In this document: positions 1 to 11,679 of the stretch, piece after piece | Position numbering within the stretch: the first letter of the stretch is position 1 | Layout of the letters: every line of letters starts with the position of its first letter | Source of the DNA: an uncultured Chloroflexia bacterium | Lineage (GTDB): Bacteria > Chloroflexota > Limnocylindria > Limnocylindrales > CSP1-4 | Assembly (NCBI GenBank): GCA_963741085.1 | Contig: CAVUGM010000006.1 | Span: 163,158-227,157 of the forward strand | DNA: 64,000 bases | Direction: 5' to 3' | Program-made: the position numbers and the translations under genes | The notes under the pieces: generated by a model | Databases searched by the model: none | Seen by the model: the letters and a program-made list of their open reading frames with translations, nothing else | Told to the model about the DNA's origin: nothing

Positions 1-98
1 GCCGGTTCCCGGCCGGCGGCGGGGACGGTATGCTGCGGCCGGTCGCTGCCCGCACCCGCCGGGGGTCGTGAGCCGGCCGGACTGAGGGCTGCCGCGCA

Positions 99-749
99 AT
101 GTCGCTCGAGGGAATCGTCATCGGCCTGCTTGGCGTGGTGCTGGGCGCCGCGTTCTGCGTCGCCGGCTTTCGCTACTTCCTGATCCTGCTGCCGATCTGG
201 GGCCTCTTCGTCGGCTTCATGGTCGGGGCCCAGGCAACGGCGACGCTGCTCGGCGAGGGATTTCTGGGCAGCGTGATCGGGATCGGCGTGGGGATCGTGC
301 TCGCCCTCGTCTTCGCCGTGCTGAGCTACCTGTACTGGTGGGGCGCCGTGGCGATCGTGGCGGGGACCCTCGGCTACTGGGTCGCGCAATGGCTGCTTGG
401 CCTCGTCGGCTTCACGGGGGATGGCGTGATCATCACCCTGATCGCCCTCGTGGCCGGCGTGGCCGTGGCGTTCCTGGCGCTGGTGGTGAACGCCCCGAAG
501 TACGTCGCGATCATCCTGACCGCGCTGGCCGGCGCGGCCTGGCTCAGCGTGGGGATCGCCCTGATCCTGGGGGTCATCAAGCCCGACACCCTGAACGGTG
601 GCGCGCTCCGAGCGGTCTACACGCAGGGCTGGCTGTGGATCGTGATCTGGGCGGTTGCGGGGGCGGTCGGAATCGTCGCCCAGCTCCAGATGACCGCCCG
701 CATGGATCAGGACCTGGCGGCAAGCATGGACGCCCGCCGGCCCTTCTGA
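99..749 (+). CDS. Multi-pass integral membrane protein of unknown function (DUF4203-like)
   Basis: The 216-aa ORF is almost entirely hydrophobic, with about 6-7 helix-length segments (IVIGLLGVVLGAAFCVAGF, LLPIWGLFVGFMVGA, and others) and a short polar C-terminus. No catalytic motif is recognisable. Confidence 0.7.
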   Translation: MSLEGIVIGLLGVVLGAAFCVAGFRYFLILLPIWGLFVGFMVGAQATATLLGEGFLGSVIGIGVGIVLALVFAVLSYLYWWGAVAIVAGTLGYWVAQWLLGLVGFTGDGVIITLIALVAGVAVAFLALVVNAPKYVAIILTALAGAAWLSVGIALILGVIKPDTLNGGALRAVYTQGWLWIVIWAVAGAVGIVAQLQMTARMDQDLAASMDARRPF

Positions 750-823
750 GGTCGCGTCGGGGGCGCCAATCCGCCGGGATCGATCGGCTGCAAGCCCTGG
801 GCCGCCGGGGGCCTGCTCTTCTC

Positions 824-2117
824 TCAGAAGAGGTCCCAGCCGTCCGCCATGCGTGTTCGAGGCGAGGTGCGGCCCGCGCCGGGGATCCCGCGGGCCGATC
901 CGGAAGCGCGCCTCGCCGGGCCCGTCCTGGGCGCCCTCGGCGAGGCCGTCGAGCCGCCCGAGAACGTACTCGCCGATCCTCGGGCCGTGCTTGAAGCCGT
1001 GGCCCGACCCGCCTCCGACGATCCAGGCGTTCTCCCAGGCGGGATGCCGGTCGATGACGAAGTGGCTGTCCGGCGTCGATTCGTACTGGCAGACGCGGCT
1101 CTCGAGCACGGGCCGCGCGGCGAGGTCCGGGAACCGGCGCGCCAGGAATGCGCGGGCCAGCCGGAGGTCGTCGGCATCCGCCAGGCGCTCGCCCCGTGAC
1201 GGGTCGAATCGCGGCCCGACGCGGTCGATGCCGATCTTGAAGCCGCGGTCGTCGGCGGCCGGGATCCCGTAGCAGCCGCCCGCGTCGTCGGACCAGGCGG
1301 GCATCGCATCCGCGCCGAAGCGTCGATCGCCGGGCCCCGGACCGAGGTAGAAGACGGGCTGGCGAGTCACGCTGATGAGCTCCCCGCAGACATCCGGGAA
1401 GAGCTTGGGGAGCCACGGGCCCGCCGCGAACACGAACGCTTCCGCGCTCCAGCGTCGGTTGTCCTGGTCCACGACGTCGAGGAGCCGCCCGCCGGCGCTG
1501 CGACCCGGCCGGATCCCTGCGAGGGCATACGTGCCGCCCGCGCGCTGAAAGGCATCGACGGTGGCCTGGACACCGCGCCGCGCCCACACGAAGCCCGCCT
1601 CGGGCTCGAGCAGGCCGAAGGCGACGCCGGCGGGGTCGGTGCCGGGCCAGCGGCGTGCGATCTCGCCGGGCTCGAGGCGCTCGGCCGGGATTCCGAGCGT
1701 GTGGAGCGTCGCCTCCGAGTCGGCCTCCCAGCCGTCCTCGGTCGCGGCGAACCAGAGGACGCCCGACGGCTCGAAGAGCGGGACGCCCCAGGCGTCCTCC
1801 GCGCGGATCCAGTGGGCAAGCGCCGCCCGTGACCAGCGGGCATAGAACGGGTCGTCGCCGTGTGCGCTGCGGATGATGCGATGCTCGTCCGAGGAGGTGG
1901 CGCGAAGGTGGCCGGCCCCCCACGCGTCGAGGAGAGTGACGCTTCGATCGCCGCCGCGGGCGCCGTCCGGCCCCGCTCCGCCGGCGCGGGCCCAGTAAGC
2001 GGTCCAGGCTCCCATCACACCAGCGCCCACGACCAACAGGTCGGCGGTGGCGGGCTTGGACGCCGGATGCTGCGGGCGCGGTTGCCGGGAGATCCGTCGG
2101 GTGTGCTCCGCGCTCAC
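824..2117 (-). pseudogene. FAD-dependent oxidoreductase (DAO / sarcosine-oxidase-like); 3' end frame unresolved
   Basis: The minus frame from GTG 2117 reads ADLLVVGAGVMGAWTAYW (GxGxxG), HRIIRSAHGDDPFY and IVGGGSGHGFKHGPRIGEYV (C-terminal FAD motif). This frame is missing from the ORF track because it has no stop; I traced it open to about 540. A neighbouring frame stops at 824, so a frame error near the 3' end is likely. Confidence 0.75.
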
Positions 2118-2401
2118 GGCTTGAGCACCGGGCGTGCGGCCGCCGCTGCGGCCGCGTCGGCCCCATCGGCGGCGGCGAGCGGCGTTCCGGGCACCCGGTC
2201 GGATCCTCCGAAGCAGATCCCGCTGCGTGCCTGGGGGCCCGTCACGACGAACGGGAGGCTGGCCTGAAGGCGGCGGACCATGCGTATGACGACATCCCTC
2301 ATCATGCCGGCGGTGGGCCGGCCCGCGAAGTGTGCCCAATTGGCTCCCGGCTCGCAGGCCAGGCCGCACCCTGCGCGACGCGCGGCCCGTGCGGGCGCCA
2401 T
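2114..2401 (-). CDS. Hypothetical small protein (about 95 aa) wedged between the OCD and FAD-oxidoreductase genes
   Basis: Its ATG shares a base with the OCD stop (TGATG at 2399-2403). Its TGA overlaps the GTG of the downstream oxidoreductase (GTGA at 2114-2117). The composition is Ala/Arg/Gly-rich with no recognisable domain, so coding status is uncertain. Confidence 0.3.
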   Translation of the reverse strand: MAPARAARRAGCGLACEPGANWAHFAGRPTAGMMRDVVIRMVRRLQASLPFVVTGPQARSGICFGGSDRVPGTPLAAADGADAAAAAAARPVLKP

Positions 2402-3402
2402 CAACGGGGCAGGAGGGTCCCGATCCCGCGGGCGACCGACGTGGTCAGAATCGCATCCGCGAACACGAGGTCGGCGAGACCGGTGCCCAGGTGGGTCACC
2501 AGCACCCGACCCGCGCCGGGGCGCGGCCAGCGGTCGCGTATCGCGGTTCCGAGGATCCCGGCAGGGTCCGGATAGCCGTCGAACTGGCCTGCGTCCCGCG
2601 CGGCCCGGAACTGGCGCTCCTCGTCCACGAGGAAGAGGCTCGCCTGCCTGGCAAGCTGGGCAGCGATCGATGTCGCGTAGTCCACCGCCACCACGAGCGC
2701 GCCCGGAGCGAACCAGTCGTCGGGCATGAACTGGACGACGGGGCCGAACGAGACGCAGGTCACCACGACGTCCGCCCCGTGCACCGCCGCCCGCGCGTCG
2801 TCGGCGACACTCGCCGCAGCCACGCCGGGCACGCCGATCGCGTGCTCCGCGAGGGCCGCCGCCCGGGCGCGGTCCCGGTCGTGGATGGCGATGACGACCC
2901 CCGGCAGGAGATGGCCGAGGACCGGCAGGTGAGCACGGCCCTGAACGCCGGCGCCGATCACGGCTGCCCGCCTCACCCGGCCCGCGCTCGCTGGAGACCA
3001 GCGTGCGACAGCGACGCCCGAGACTGCCGCGGTCCGCGCGGCCGTGATCGGGCCGCCGTCGAGGATCGCCCGGGGCTCGCCGGTCAGCGGGTCGCTCAGC
3101 ACGACGAGCGCATGCAGCGCAGGCAGCCCGACGTCGACGTTGCCGGGGACGCCCGCGATCCACTTGAGGCCCACCAGGTCCCCGGCGCCGTCGGCAGCGC
3201 CGCCCGGGAGGTAGGCCGGCATCGCATGCGCGAAGGAAGCCGCGGGCCGAGGGTGGACGCCGATCTTGGGTGGGAGCTCGGCGCCCTCGGCGAGGCCGAC
3301 GAGGGCGCGCTCGGCCAGGCGCAGGCGCTCGGCCGGCGGAGGCATGCAGGCGGCCACGTCGGCGGCGGAGAGGTAGCGCGGAGCGCCGTGCTGGGCCTCC
3401 AT
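2401..3402 (-). CDS. Ornithine cyclodeaminase / mu-crystallin family protein
   Basis: Contains LSAADVAACMP, GLKWIAGVPGN, ITAARTAAVSGVA and the Rossmann motif VIGAGVQGRAHL, which together are typical of the OCD/mu-crystallin family. The ORF is open to GTG 3483; ATG 3402 (MEAQHGAPRYLSAADV) fits the family N-terminus better. Confidence 0.85.
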   Translation of the reverse strand: MEAQHGAPRYLSAADVAACMPPPAERLRLAERALVGLAEGAELPPKIGVHPRPAASFAHAMPAYLPGGAADGAGDLVGLKWIAGVPGNVDVGLPALHALVVLSDPLTGEPRAILDGGPITAARTAAVSGVAVARWSPASAGRVRRAAVIGAGVQGRAHLPVLGHLLPGVVIAIHDRDRARAAALAEHAIGVPGVAAASVADDARAAVHGADVVVTCVSFGPVVQFMPDDWFAPGALVVAVDYATSIAAQLARQASLFLVDEERQFRAARDAGQFDGYPDPAGILGTAIRDRWPRPGAGRVLVTHLGTGLADLVFADAILTTSVARGIGTLLPR

Positions 3403-3613
3403 CACGACCGGCCCGGTCGCGCGACGCTCACATCGGTCAGCGCCGGTGTCGCGGGGCCGGCGACTCGTGGTGCCAGCACTCACACCTCCTGAGGGTCGAC
3501 CTGGGCCGGCAAGGGCGCGACTCTAGCACGCGCCGGACGGACGGCAGCGGCCCGCCGGGCTACGATCCGCCGATGGGACGACAGTCCGGCCTGGCGATCG
3601 CGCGACCCACCGA

Positions 3614-3970
3614 TTGCATCATGGCGCTCGAGCTCCACTGGGGCTGATCGTGCAGGCCGCCGACCTCGCGACGCGCCTCCGGGCCGAGGGCCTCCAACCG
3701 GGCACGTGGAGCAACGGCCCGGGGGATCTCTATGAGGCCCACGCCCACGCCTTCGACAAGGTCCTCGTGTGCGCCGCCGGCGGGATCGTCTTCGGCCTGC
3801 CGGGCCGTGGCGAGCGCGCGGAGCTTGGGGTCGGAGATCGCCTCGATCTGCCCGCGGGCACCGACCACGACGCGGCTGTCGGGCCGGCTGGGGTCGTCTG
3901 CCTCGAGGCGCACCTTCCGGCGGGGACGCTCGGCGGCGCGCCACGCCGGCGACCGGCCGGGAGCTGGTGA
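3614..3970 (+). CDS. Cupin domain protein
   Basis: The 118-aa ORF has a cupin-like core (YEAHAHAFDKVLVCAAGGIVFGLP ... GDRLDLPAGTDHDA). The track start at 3614 is a TTG; an in-frame GTG at 3650 is an alternative. Confidence 0.65.
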   Translation: MHHGARAPLGLIVQAADLATRLRAEGLQPGTWSNGPGDLYEAHAHAFDKVLVCAAGGIVFGLPGRGERAELGVGDRLDLPAGTDHDAAVGPAGVVCLEAHLPAGTLGGAPRRRPAGSW

Positions 3971-3980
3971 CCCGAATCGA

Positions 3981-4007
3981 CGAGGCTCCCCGGCGCGGGG
4001 AGCCTCG
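3981..4007 (+). terminator. Stem-loop downstream of the cupin gene
   Basis: Perfect 11-bp inverted repeat cgaggctcccc / ggggagcctcg with a 5-nt loop, starting 11 nt after the stop. The 3' tail (gttcgtt) is only weakly T-rich. Confidence 0.5.
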
Positions 4008-4077
4008 GTTCGTTAGGCTAGTCGGTGTCGGCCGGCGCGCTCGAGCAGGCGGCTCGAGCGCCGGTGTCGCGTCGGGG

Positions 4078-4212
4078 TCAGCGCCCGCCGAACCGGGCCC
4101 AGGCAGGGAGATGGTCGCGTGGATCGGCCTCCGGCGGCTCGTCGTCGGCGCTCAGCAGGATGCTGACGAAGGAGATGAGCGCGAGGAGGCCGAGCACGGT
4201 CGCGAGGATCAT
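4078..4212 (-). CDS. Small single-pass membrane protein (44 aa)
   Basis: MILATVLGLLALISFVSILLSADDEPPEADPRDHLPAWARFGGR: one hydrophobic helix followed by an acidic tail. A GGAGGA sequence lies about 9 nt upstream of the ATG. The gene is divergent from lrp. Confidence 0.45.
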   Translation of the reverse strand: MILATVLGLLALISFVSILLSADDEPPEADPRDHLPAWARFGGR

Positions 4213-4324
4213 GACAGGTCTTCCTCCGTCCGCGCTTCGATCAATGATCTGTCGGGTCCAGCACTCAGAATAGCCTAACAAATATAGACCGTCAAACCAC
4301 ATCAGCCTAACGTACTGGTACCTC

Positions 4325-4845
4325 ATGGCTCGAGAACCGAAGATCGATCCGATCGACGCCCAGATCCTCGACCTCCTCCAGCGCGATGGGCGCCGCTCGT
4401 ACGCGGAGATCGGCGCTGACGTGGGCATGAGCGGGCCCTCGGCGCACGAGCGAGTCAAGAAGCTCGGAGGCGCGGGGCTTCATGCGCGGCTACATGGCCC
4501 AGGTCGACCCGACAGCGGTCGACCTCGGCGTCCTCGCCTTCATGTGGGTGACCCAGGCGCCAGGCAGCATCGCCGACGACATCACCGACGAGTTCGCCGC
4601 GATCGCCGAGGTCGAGGCGTGCCACCGCATCGCCGGCGAGGGTGACTATCTTCTGAAGATTCGCGCCAGCGACACGGCCGACCTGGAGCGCGTCGTCCGC
4701 CAGCGTCCAGACCACCCGCCACGTGTACCGCACGGAGACCGACATCGTTTTCTCGACGCCCTTCGAGCGGCGCCCCCTGCCGATCCTGCGCGAAGGGCGA
4801 CGAGCGCGCGGAAAACCGGTGGACGCTCGGGCCCGTAGACGATGA
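4325..4845 (+). pseudogene. Lrp/AsnC family transcriptional regulator (frame-disrupted as assembled)
   Basis: The HTH part MAREPKIDPIDAQILDLLQRDGRRSYAEIGADVGMSGPSAHERVKKL is in one frame. RGYMAQVDPTAVDLGVLAFMWV...ACHRIAGEGDYLLKIRA is in a second frame, and VQTTRHVYRTETDIVFSTPFE in a third. Shifts are at about 4465 and about 4700. The final TGA overlaps the sigma-factor ATG (ATGA at 4842-4845). Confidence 0.8.
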
Positions 4846-5555
4846 CGGAAGGGAGAGCAGCGTCGTCCCCGGCCGATGCCGCGCTTGTCGCGGCCGTCGC
4901 GGCCGGATCCGAGGACGCCCTCGCCGCGCTGTACGACCGCCACGCGGCCGCGCTCCACGCGACGGCGCTCCGCCTCGACCGGCGATCGGCAGGTCGCGGA
5001 GGACGTCGTGCAGGAGGTCTTCCTGACGCTCTGGAACCGGGCCGACCGTTTCGACCCCGGGACCGGGTCTCTCATGGCCTGGCTCGGCACGATGGCGCGC
5101 AACCGGGCCATCGACCGGCTGCGCGCCGCCGGCCGCCGGCCGCAGCTGGTCGAGCCTGGCACGCCCCGGAGAGGACGGCTCGGCAGACGATGCCCTCGAG
5201 CGGGCGGCGGCGCTCGCCCCCGGGGCGGCCGCCGACCCGCTTCGACCCGGCGGCCGCCCTCGATGGCGCCGAGGCCCGCAGGGCGGTCAACGCCGCGGTC
5301 GCTGGCCAGATGCCCGAGCCCGAGCGCGAGGTGATCCTCCTCGCCTACCGCGACAACCTGACCCAGAGCGAGATCGCCGGCCGCCTGAGCCTGCCCCTGG
5401 GGACCGTGAAGACGCGGACCCGACGGGCGCTGGCGCGGCTGCGGGGCGCGCTTGCCGAAATCTATGGACCGACGCTCGCCCCGGTGCCGGTCGGACCCGG
5501 CACCGAAACAGCAGACATGCTCACGGACGCGACGGACACGGGCGCCGATCGATGA
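4842..5555 (+). pseudogene. ECF-type RNA polymerase sigma-70 family factor (frame-disrupted)
   Basis: Region 2 (VAEDVVQEVFLTLWNRADRFDPGTGSLMAWLGTMARNRAIDRLR) lies in the 4876..5334 frame. The N-terminus and region 4 (EREVILLAYRDNLTQSEIAGRLSLPLGTVKTRTRRAL) lie in the 4842..5555 frame. Shifts are at about 4985 and about 5150. Confidence 0.8.
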
Positions 5556-6382
5556 ACGAGCACGCCGACGTCCGCGAGCTCCTCGAGCTGGCCGCCGTCG
5601 AGCCGGGCGGTCTCGACCGGCTCGAAGCGGGCGACACGCCGGCTGCGAGCGTCGCGATCGGCCACCTCGCGGCCTGCCCGGCATGCCTCGAGGAGCTGGC
5701 GCGGCTGCGCCGGGCCGAGACGCTGCTCCGGCCGATCCTGGCGTTCGAGCCTGATCCCGCGCTCCGCGACCGAACGCTGGAGTTCGTGCGGGCCGTCGGG
5801 GTGATCCGCGGCGAGGCGATCGCGGCAGGCGTCACTGGCGCGGGCGCGGCGCGCGACGAACCGGTCTCGAGCGAGGAGGGTCGCCGGCTCCGCCGGCGCA
5901 CCTGGCGCGGCCAGCGTGCCTGGCTCGGTCTCGTCGCGGCCGCGCTCGTGGTCGGCCTCGCCGGGGGCGCGCTGGTCAACGGCCGCGGTGGCGGCGGCGA
6001 CGCGGCCGTCGCTGCGCTCGAGGACGTGGCTCACGACACCGCGACGCTCTCTGCCGCCCCCGACGCCCAGCAGGTCGCGCTCGTCGATGCGTCGGGCACG
6101 GCCAAGGGCAGCCTCACGTCTCTCGTCGTCGGTCGACCGCCTGCTGGTTGTCGCAACCGGGCTCGAGGCACGCCGGCCCTGGGATGCGAGTACCGCTGCT
6201 GGGTGGAGGCCGGCGGCGCCCGCTCGACCATCGGCGTGATGCGTCAGGTAGGCGGAGTCGCCTGGTGGGCCGGCGACGTCGCGATCCCGGCCGTGGTGCC
6301 GAAGGGCACGCTCTACGGCGTCTCGCTCGTGGCGACGGGCTCGTCCGATCCCGGGACGGCGGTGCTCACCGGCAAGCTCTGA
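5552..6382 (+). pseudogene. Anti-sigma factor, zf-HC2 / RskA-like (probably frame-disrupted)
   Basis: The ATG overlaps the sigma stop (ATGA at 5552-5555). Contains an HLAACPACLEEL zinc-finger-like motif, one TM helix (AWLGLVAAALVVGLAGGALV) and a C-terminal YRCWVE...GVAWWAG RskA-like domain. The segment VDRLLVVATGLEA reads only in another frame (about 6120-6180). Confidence 0.65.
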
Positions 6383-6677
6383 CCGCCACCCGGCCCCCGC
6401 GATGCCGGCAGGCAGGTGGTCGCCGACCGGCCGGTCGGCGGTTCGCATCGTCGTCAGAGATCTCCGGGACAGGTGCCGACGGCAAGATAGGCGACCGCCC
6501 CGACACCGACGAGCAGGAGGACGACGACCCACCAGACGTACTCGGCGTTCATGCGCCGGCGAGTATCGCACGCCTCCTGCGTCGCAGGCCGCCGGGGCCG
6601 CCGCCGCCGGCCGCCCGCGTGGCATGCCTCCCCGCGTCGCACGCTGCCCGGGCAGCCGCCGCTACACTCCGCGGACG

Positions 6678-7632
6678 ATGCTCGACCTGGACGCCCGACC
6701 CGATCGCGATCTCCATCGGGTCCATCGACATCCGCTGGTACGGCGTGATGTACGCGATCGGGCTGGCGGCGACCTACCTCGTGATCGAGCGCGAGGCGCG
6801 CCGGCGCGGGCTCGATACGAGCCTGCTGGTCAACGGCATGATCGTCGTCGCGATCGCAGCCCTCATCGGCGGCCGCCTCTACCACGTCATCGACCAATGG
6901 GAGCGCTACAAGGACGACCTGCCGGCGATCGTGCTGCCGCCGTACAGCGGCCTCGGCGTCTACGGCGGGATCATCACCGGCTTCATCGCCGCGTTCCTGT
7001 ACATCCGCTGGAAGCGCCAGCCGTTCCTGACCTGGGCCGACTGCGCGGCGCCGGGCCTGCTGGTGATGCAGGCGATCGCCCGCTGGGGCAACTTCTTCAA
7101 CCAGGAGCTCTACGGACCGCCGACGAACCTCCCGTGGGGGATCCCGATCGAGTGCGCCAACCGGACGCCGACCTACGCCTGCCCGCCCCTCGGGACCACG
7201 CCCGTCGACGCCCACTTCCAGCCGCTCTTCCTGTACGAGTCCATCTCCGGGTTCCTCGGGGCGCTCGTCCTGCTGTACATCGCCCGCCGGGTGCGCTGGC
7301 TGCGGCCGGGCGACATCGTCCTCCTCTTCTTCATGTGGTACGGGACGACCCGATTCCTGCTGGAGCCGCTGCGCTCGAACAACTGGACCTTCTTCGGCGT
7401 CCCGACCGCGATGATCATCTCGGCCTCGTTCGTGCTCGGCGCGGCTGCCGTCTTCGCCTGGCGGCATCGACCGGGCGCGGTCGACGGTTCCCGCCCGGAT
7501 GGCGACGCGTCCAGCTCCGGCGATCCGACCGAGGCCGATCGGCCCGGACGTCGAGCCGGCCGGCACGGACGTCGGGGCAGCCGGCGCGGACGTCGAGGAC
7601 GCGGCAGATGCTCATGGCATGACCCCCGCTGA
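6678..7632 (+). CDS. lgt: Prolipoprotein diacylglyceryl transferase
   Basis: Contains IRWYGVMYAIGLAATYLV, GGRLYHV, ARWGNFFNQELYGPPT and HFQPLFLYES, which are Lgt hallmarks. The only nearby ATG (6678, MLDLD) is one frame off from the body (PDPIAISIGSIDIRWYG), so the start is ambiguous or there is an indel in the first ~10 codons. Confidence 0.85.
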
Positions 7633-7684
7633 GCGGCAAGGCTCCGGCGGAGGCCGACGCGCTGCTCGCCCCGGTGGCGCCGGG

Positions 7685-8538
7685 ATGACCGGCTCGCGGC
7701 GCCGACGGGCCGCCGCGAACGTCCGGCCGGAGGAGCTCCGGCGGGCCGGGCGCGACACGCGCGAGGGCCTGGATTGGCTGGGGAGGCCGCCCGAGATCCG
7801 CGCCGGGGTCGTCTACCGGCTGGCCCGCGGCGTCGGCCGGGTGTTGTCTGCTCGGCGTCTGCGGATTCCGCGTCGACGCCGGCGGCCGGGAGCACCTCCC
7901 GCGAGAAGGCGGCTACCTGCTCCTCGCCGCCGTCCACCGCGGCTGGATGGATCCGTTCCTCGCCCTCGAAGCCGTTCCCGACCGAGCCCCGGGTGTGGAC
8001 CCTCGGCAGCGGCGCCTCCGGTTTCGACCGGCGCTGGAAGGAGCGCCTCCTGCGGCTCGTCGGTGGCGTGCTGCCGGTCTGGCGCGGCGGCGTCGGGATC
8101 GACGTCCACGTGACGGCGGCCCGGGCGGTGCTCGATCGGGGTGGCGTCTTCTCGACCTTCGTCGAAGGGACGATCGGCGGCCCGCCGGACCGCCCGACGC
8201 CGTTCCGCCAAGGTGCCTTCGTCATCGCCATGCGCACCGGCGCCCCGATCGTCCCGCTCGCGGTGGCGGGAGCGGAGGAGCTGTATCGCGGGAAGCGCTT
8301 CGTCACCCGCCTCCTGCCGCCCGTGACGATCGCCCAGCTGGTCGGAGACGCCTGGGCGGGCCTCCCCGAGCCCGGCTCCCGGGAGGAGCTCGGCGCCGCC
8401 CGGGCCGCGGCCGAGGCGCTCGAGGCTCTCCTCGCGCCCGTGATCGCGGAGATCCACCCGGCCACGGTCGACGCGCCGTCGCGCCCGCGGCGCTGGCGGT
8501 GGCTCACGGGCTTCCTGCTCGGCCGACCGCACGCCTGA
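7685..8538 (+). pseudogene. plsC: 1-acyl-sn-glycerol-3-phosphate acyltransferase (frame-disrupted)
   Basis: The H(X)4D motif [10 protein letters not shown], the [11 protein letters not shown] (EGT) motif and [11 protein letters not shown] are spread over three frames. Shifts are at about 7850 and about 7975. Confidence 0.75.
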
Positions 8539-8558
8539 GGGCCGTATACTCCCGCCCG

Positions 8559-9981
8559 ATGCAGTACGCGGAATCGATCCTCGACCTGGTCGGGCACACG
8601 CCGCTGGTCCGGATCGGACACCTGACCCGCGGGCTCGGCCCGCTCGAGGAGCAGCCGCTCGTGCTGGCCAAGCTCGAGGCGCTCAACCCGGGCGGCTCGG
8701 TCAAGGACCGGATCGGACTCCCGATGATCGAAGCGGCCGAGCGGTCCGGCCTGCTGCGGGCGCGGCGGGACGATCATCGAGGCGACGAAGGGCAACACCG
8801 GCGTGGGCCTGGCGATCGTCGCCGCCCTCAAGGGTTACCGCTGCATCTTCGTCATGACCGACCGGCAGGCAACCGAGAAGCAGGCGATCCTGCGAGCCTA
8901 CGGGGCGGAGGTCGTCCTGTGCCCGGCCAACGTTCCGCCCGAGTCGCCCGCGAGCTCCTTCTCGGTCGCGTCGCGCCTCGCCCGCGACATTCCGGGCGCA
9001 TTCGAGCCCGACCAGTACCGGAACGAGGAGAACCCGCGCGCCCACGAGGCGACAACCGGGCCGGAGATCTGGGAGCAGACGGACGGCCGGGTCACCCACC
9101 TCGTGGCCGGCGTCGGCTCGGGCGGAACGATCACGGGCACTGCCCGGCACCTGCGGCGCCTGCGCCCCGATCTGGTCGTCGTGGGCGCCGATCCCGAGGG
9201 CAGCGTCCTCTCGGGCGACGCCCCGCGGCCATATCTCATCGAGGGCGTGGGTGAGGACTTTCTGCCCGACAACCTCGACGCGTCGCTGGTCGATCGCTGG
9301 GTCCGGGTTGCCGACGTGGAAGCGTTCGCGATGGCGCGTCGCCTGGCTCGCGAGGAGGGGATCCTGGCCGGCGAATCGTGCGGGACTGCGATGGCTGCCG
9401 CCCTTCAGGTCGCGCGCGAGCTCACCGAGGCGGGCCGTGGCGCCGGCGCGGTCGTCGTCGTGATCCTCCCGGACGGCGGGCGCACCTACCTGTCGAAGCT
9501 CTACAACGACGAGTGGATGCGCGCCAGCGGGCTCCTCCCGACCCCCGGCGGCGTCGTCAGCCTGCGCGACATCCTCGACGACCATCACCACGGCCGGCAG
9601 CTTCCGGACATCGTCGTGGTGCGCACGACCGAGACAGTCGGTGCGGCGATCGCCCGCCTCCAGGAGTTCGGGATCAGCCAGATGCCCGTCTCGGCCCACG
9701 CCGAGGACGCGCGGCTCGCCGGGCTCGTGGGCTCGGTGAGCGAGACCGGGCTGCTCCAGCGCGCGTATCGGGATCCGTGGATCGTGGAGCGCACGATCGG
9801 CGAGGTCATGGACCCGCCGCTGCCGCAGGTGCGCGAGAGCGCCACCCTCGACGAGGCGTTCGCGCTCCTGGCCGGCGGGGCGGCCGCCATCCTGGCGACG
9901 CGCGGCGATCGGCCCGCCGGCGTCGTCACCAAGCTCGACGTGCTGGAGTACCTGGGCCACCACCCCCGCCTGGGCTCCTAG
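8559..9981 (+). pseudogene. cbs: Cystathionine beta-synthase (PLP domain plus tandem CBS domains), one frameshift
   Basis: Contains the PLP-lysine motif [11 protein letters not shown], then GLLRA|[30 protein letters not shown], which needs a 1-nt shift at about 8765. The GSGGTITG loop and two C-terminal CBS modules are present. Confidence 0.9.
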
Positions 9982-10001
9982 GGCGGACACCGCCTGCCAT
10001 C

Positions 10002-11679
<1,678 letters not shown>

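Noticed and set aside
577-2166. A 529-aa ORF covering the FAD-oxidoreductase locus.
   Set aside because: It is the wrong frame. The GxGxxG and C-terminal FAD motifs read in a neighbouring frame that the track omits because that frame has no stop.
6454-6552. A 32-aa hydrophobic mini-ORF (MNAEYVWWVVVLLLVGVGAVAYLAVGTCPGDL) between the anti-sigma gene and lgt.
   Set aside because: It has no SD-like sequence, lies within a long shadow ORF, and is too short to support without conservation data. It might still be real.
7540-7612. Three GGACGTCG(A/G)G repeats in the 3' tail of lgt.
   Set aside because: They are short, imperfectly spaced, and compatible with a low-complexity acidic or basic C-terminal tail in either frame. 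There is no evidence for a regulatory role.
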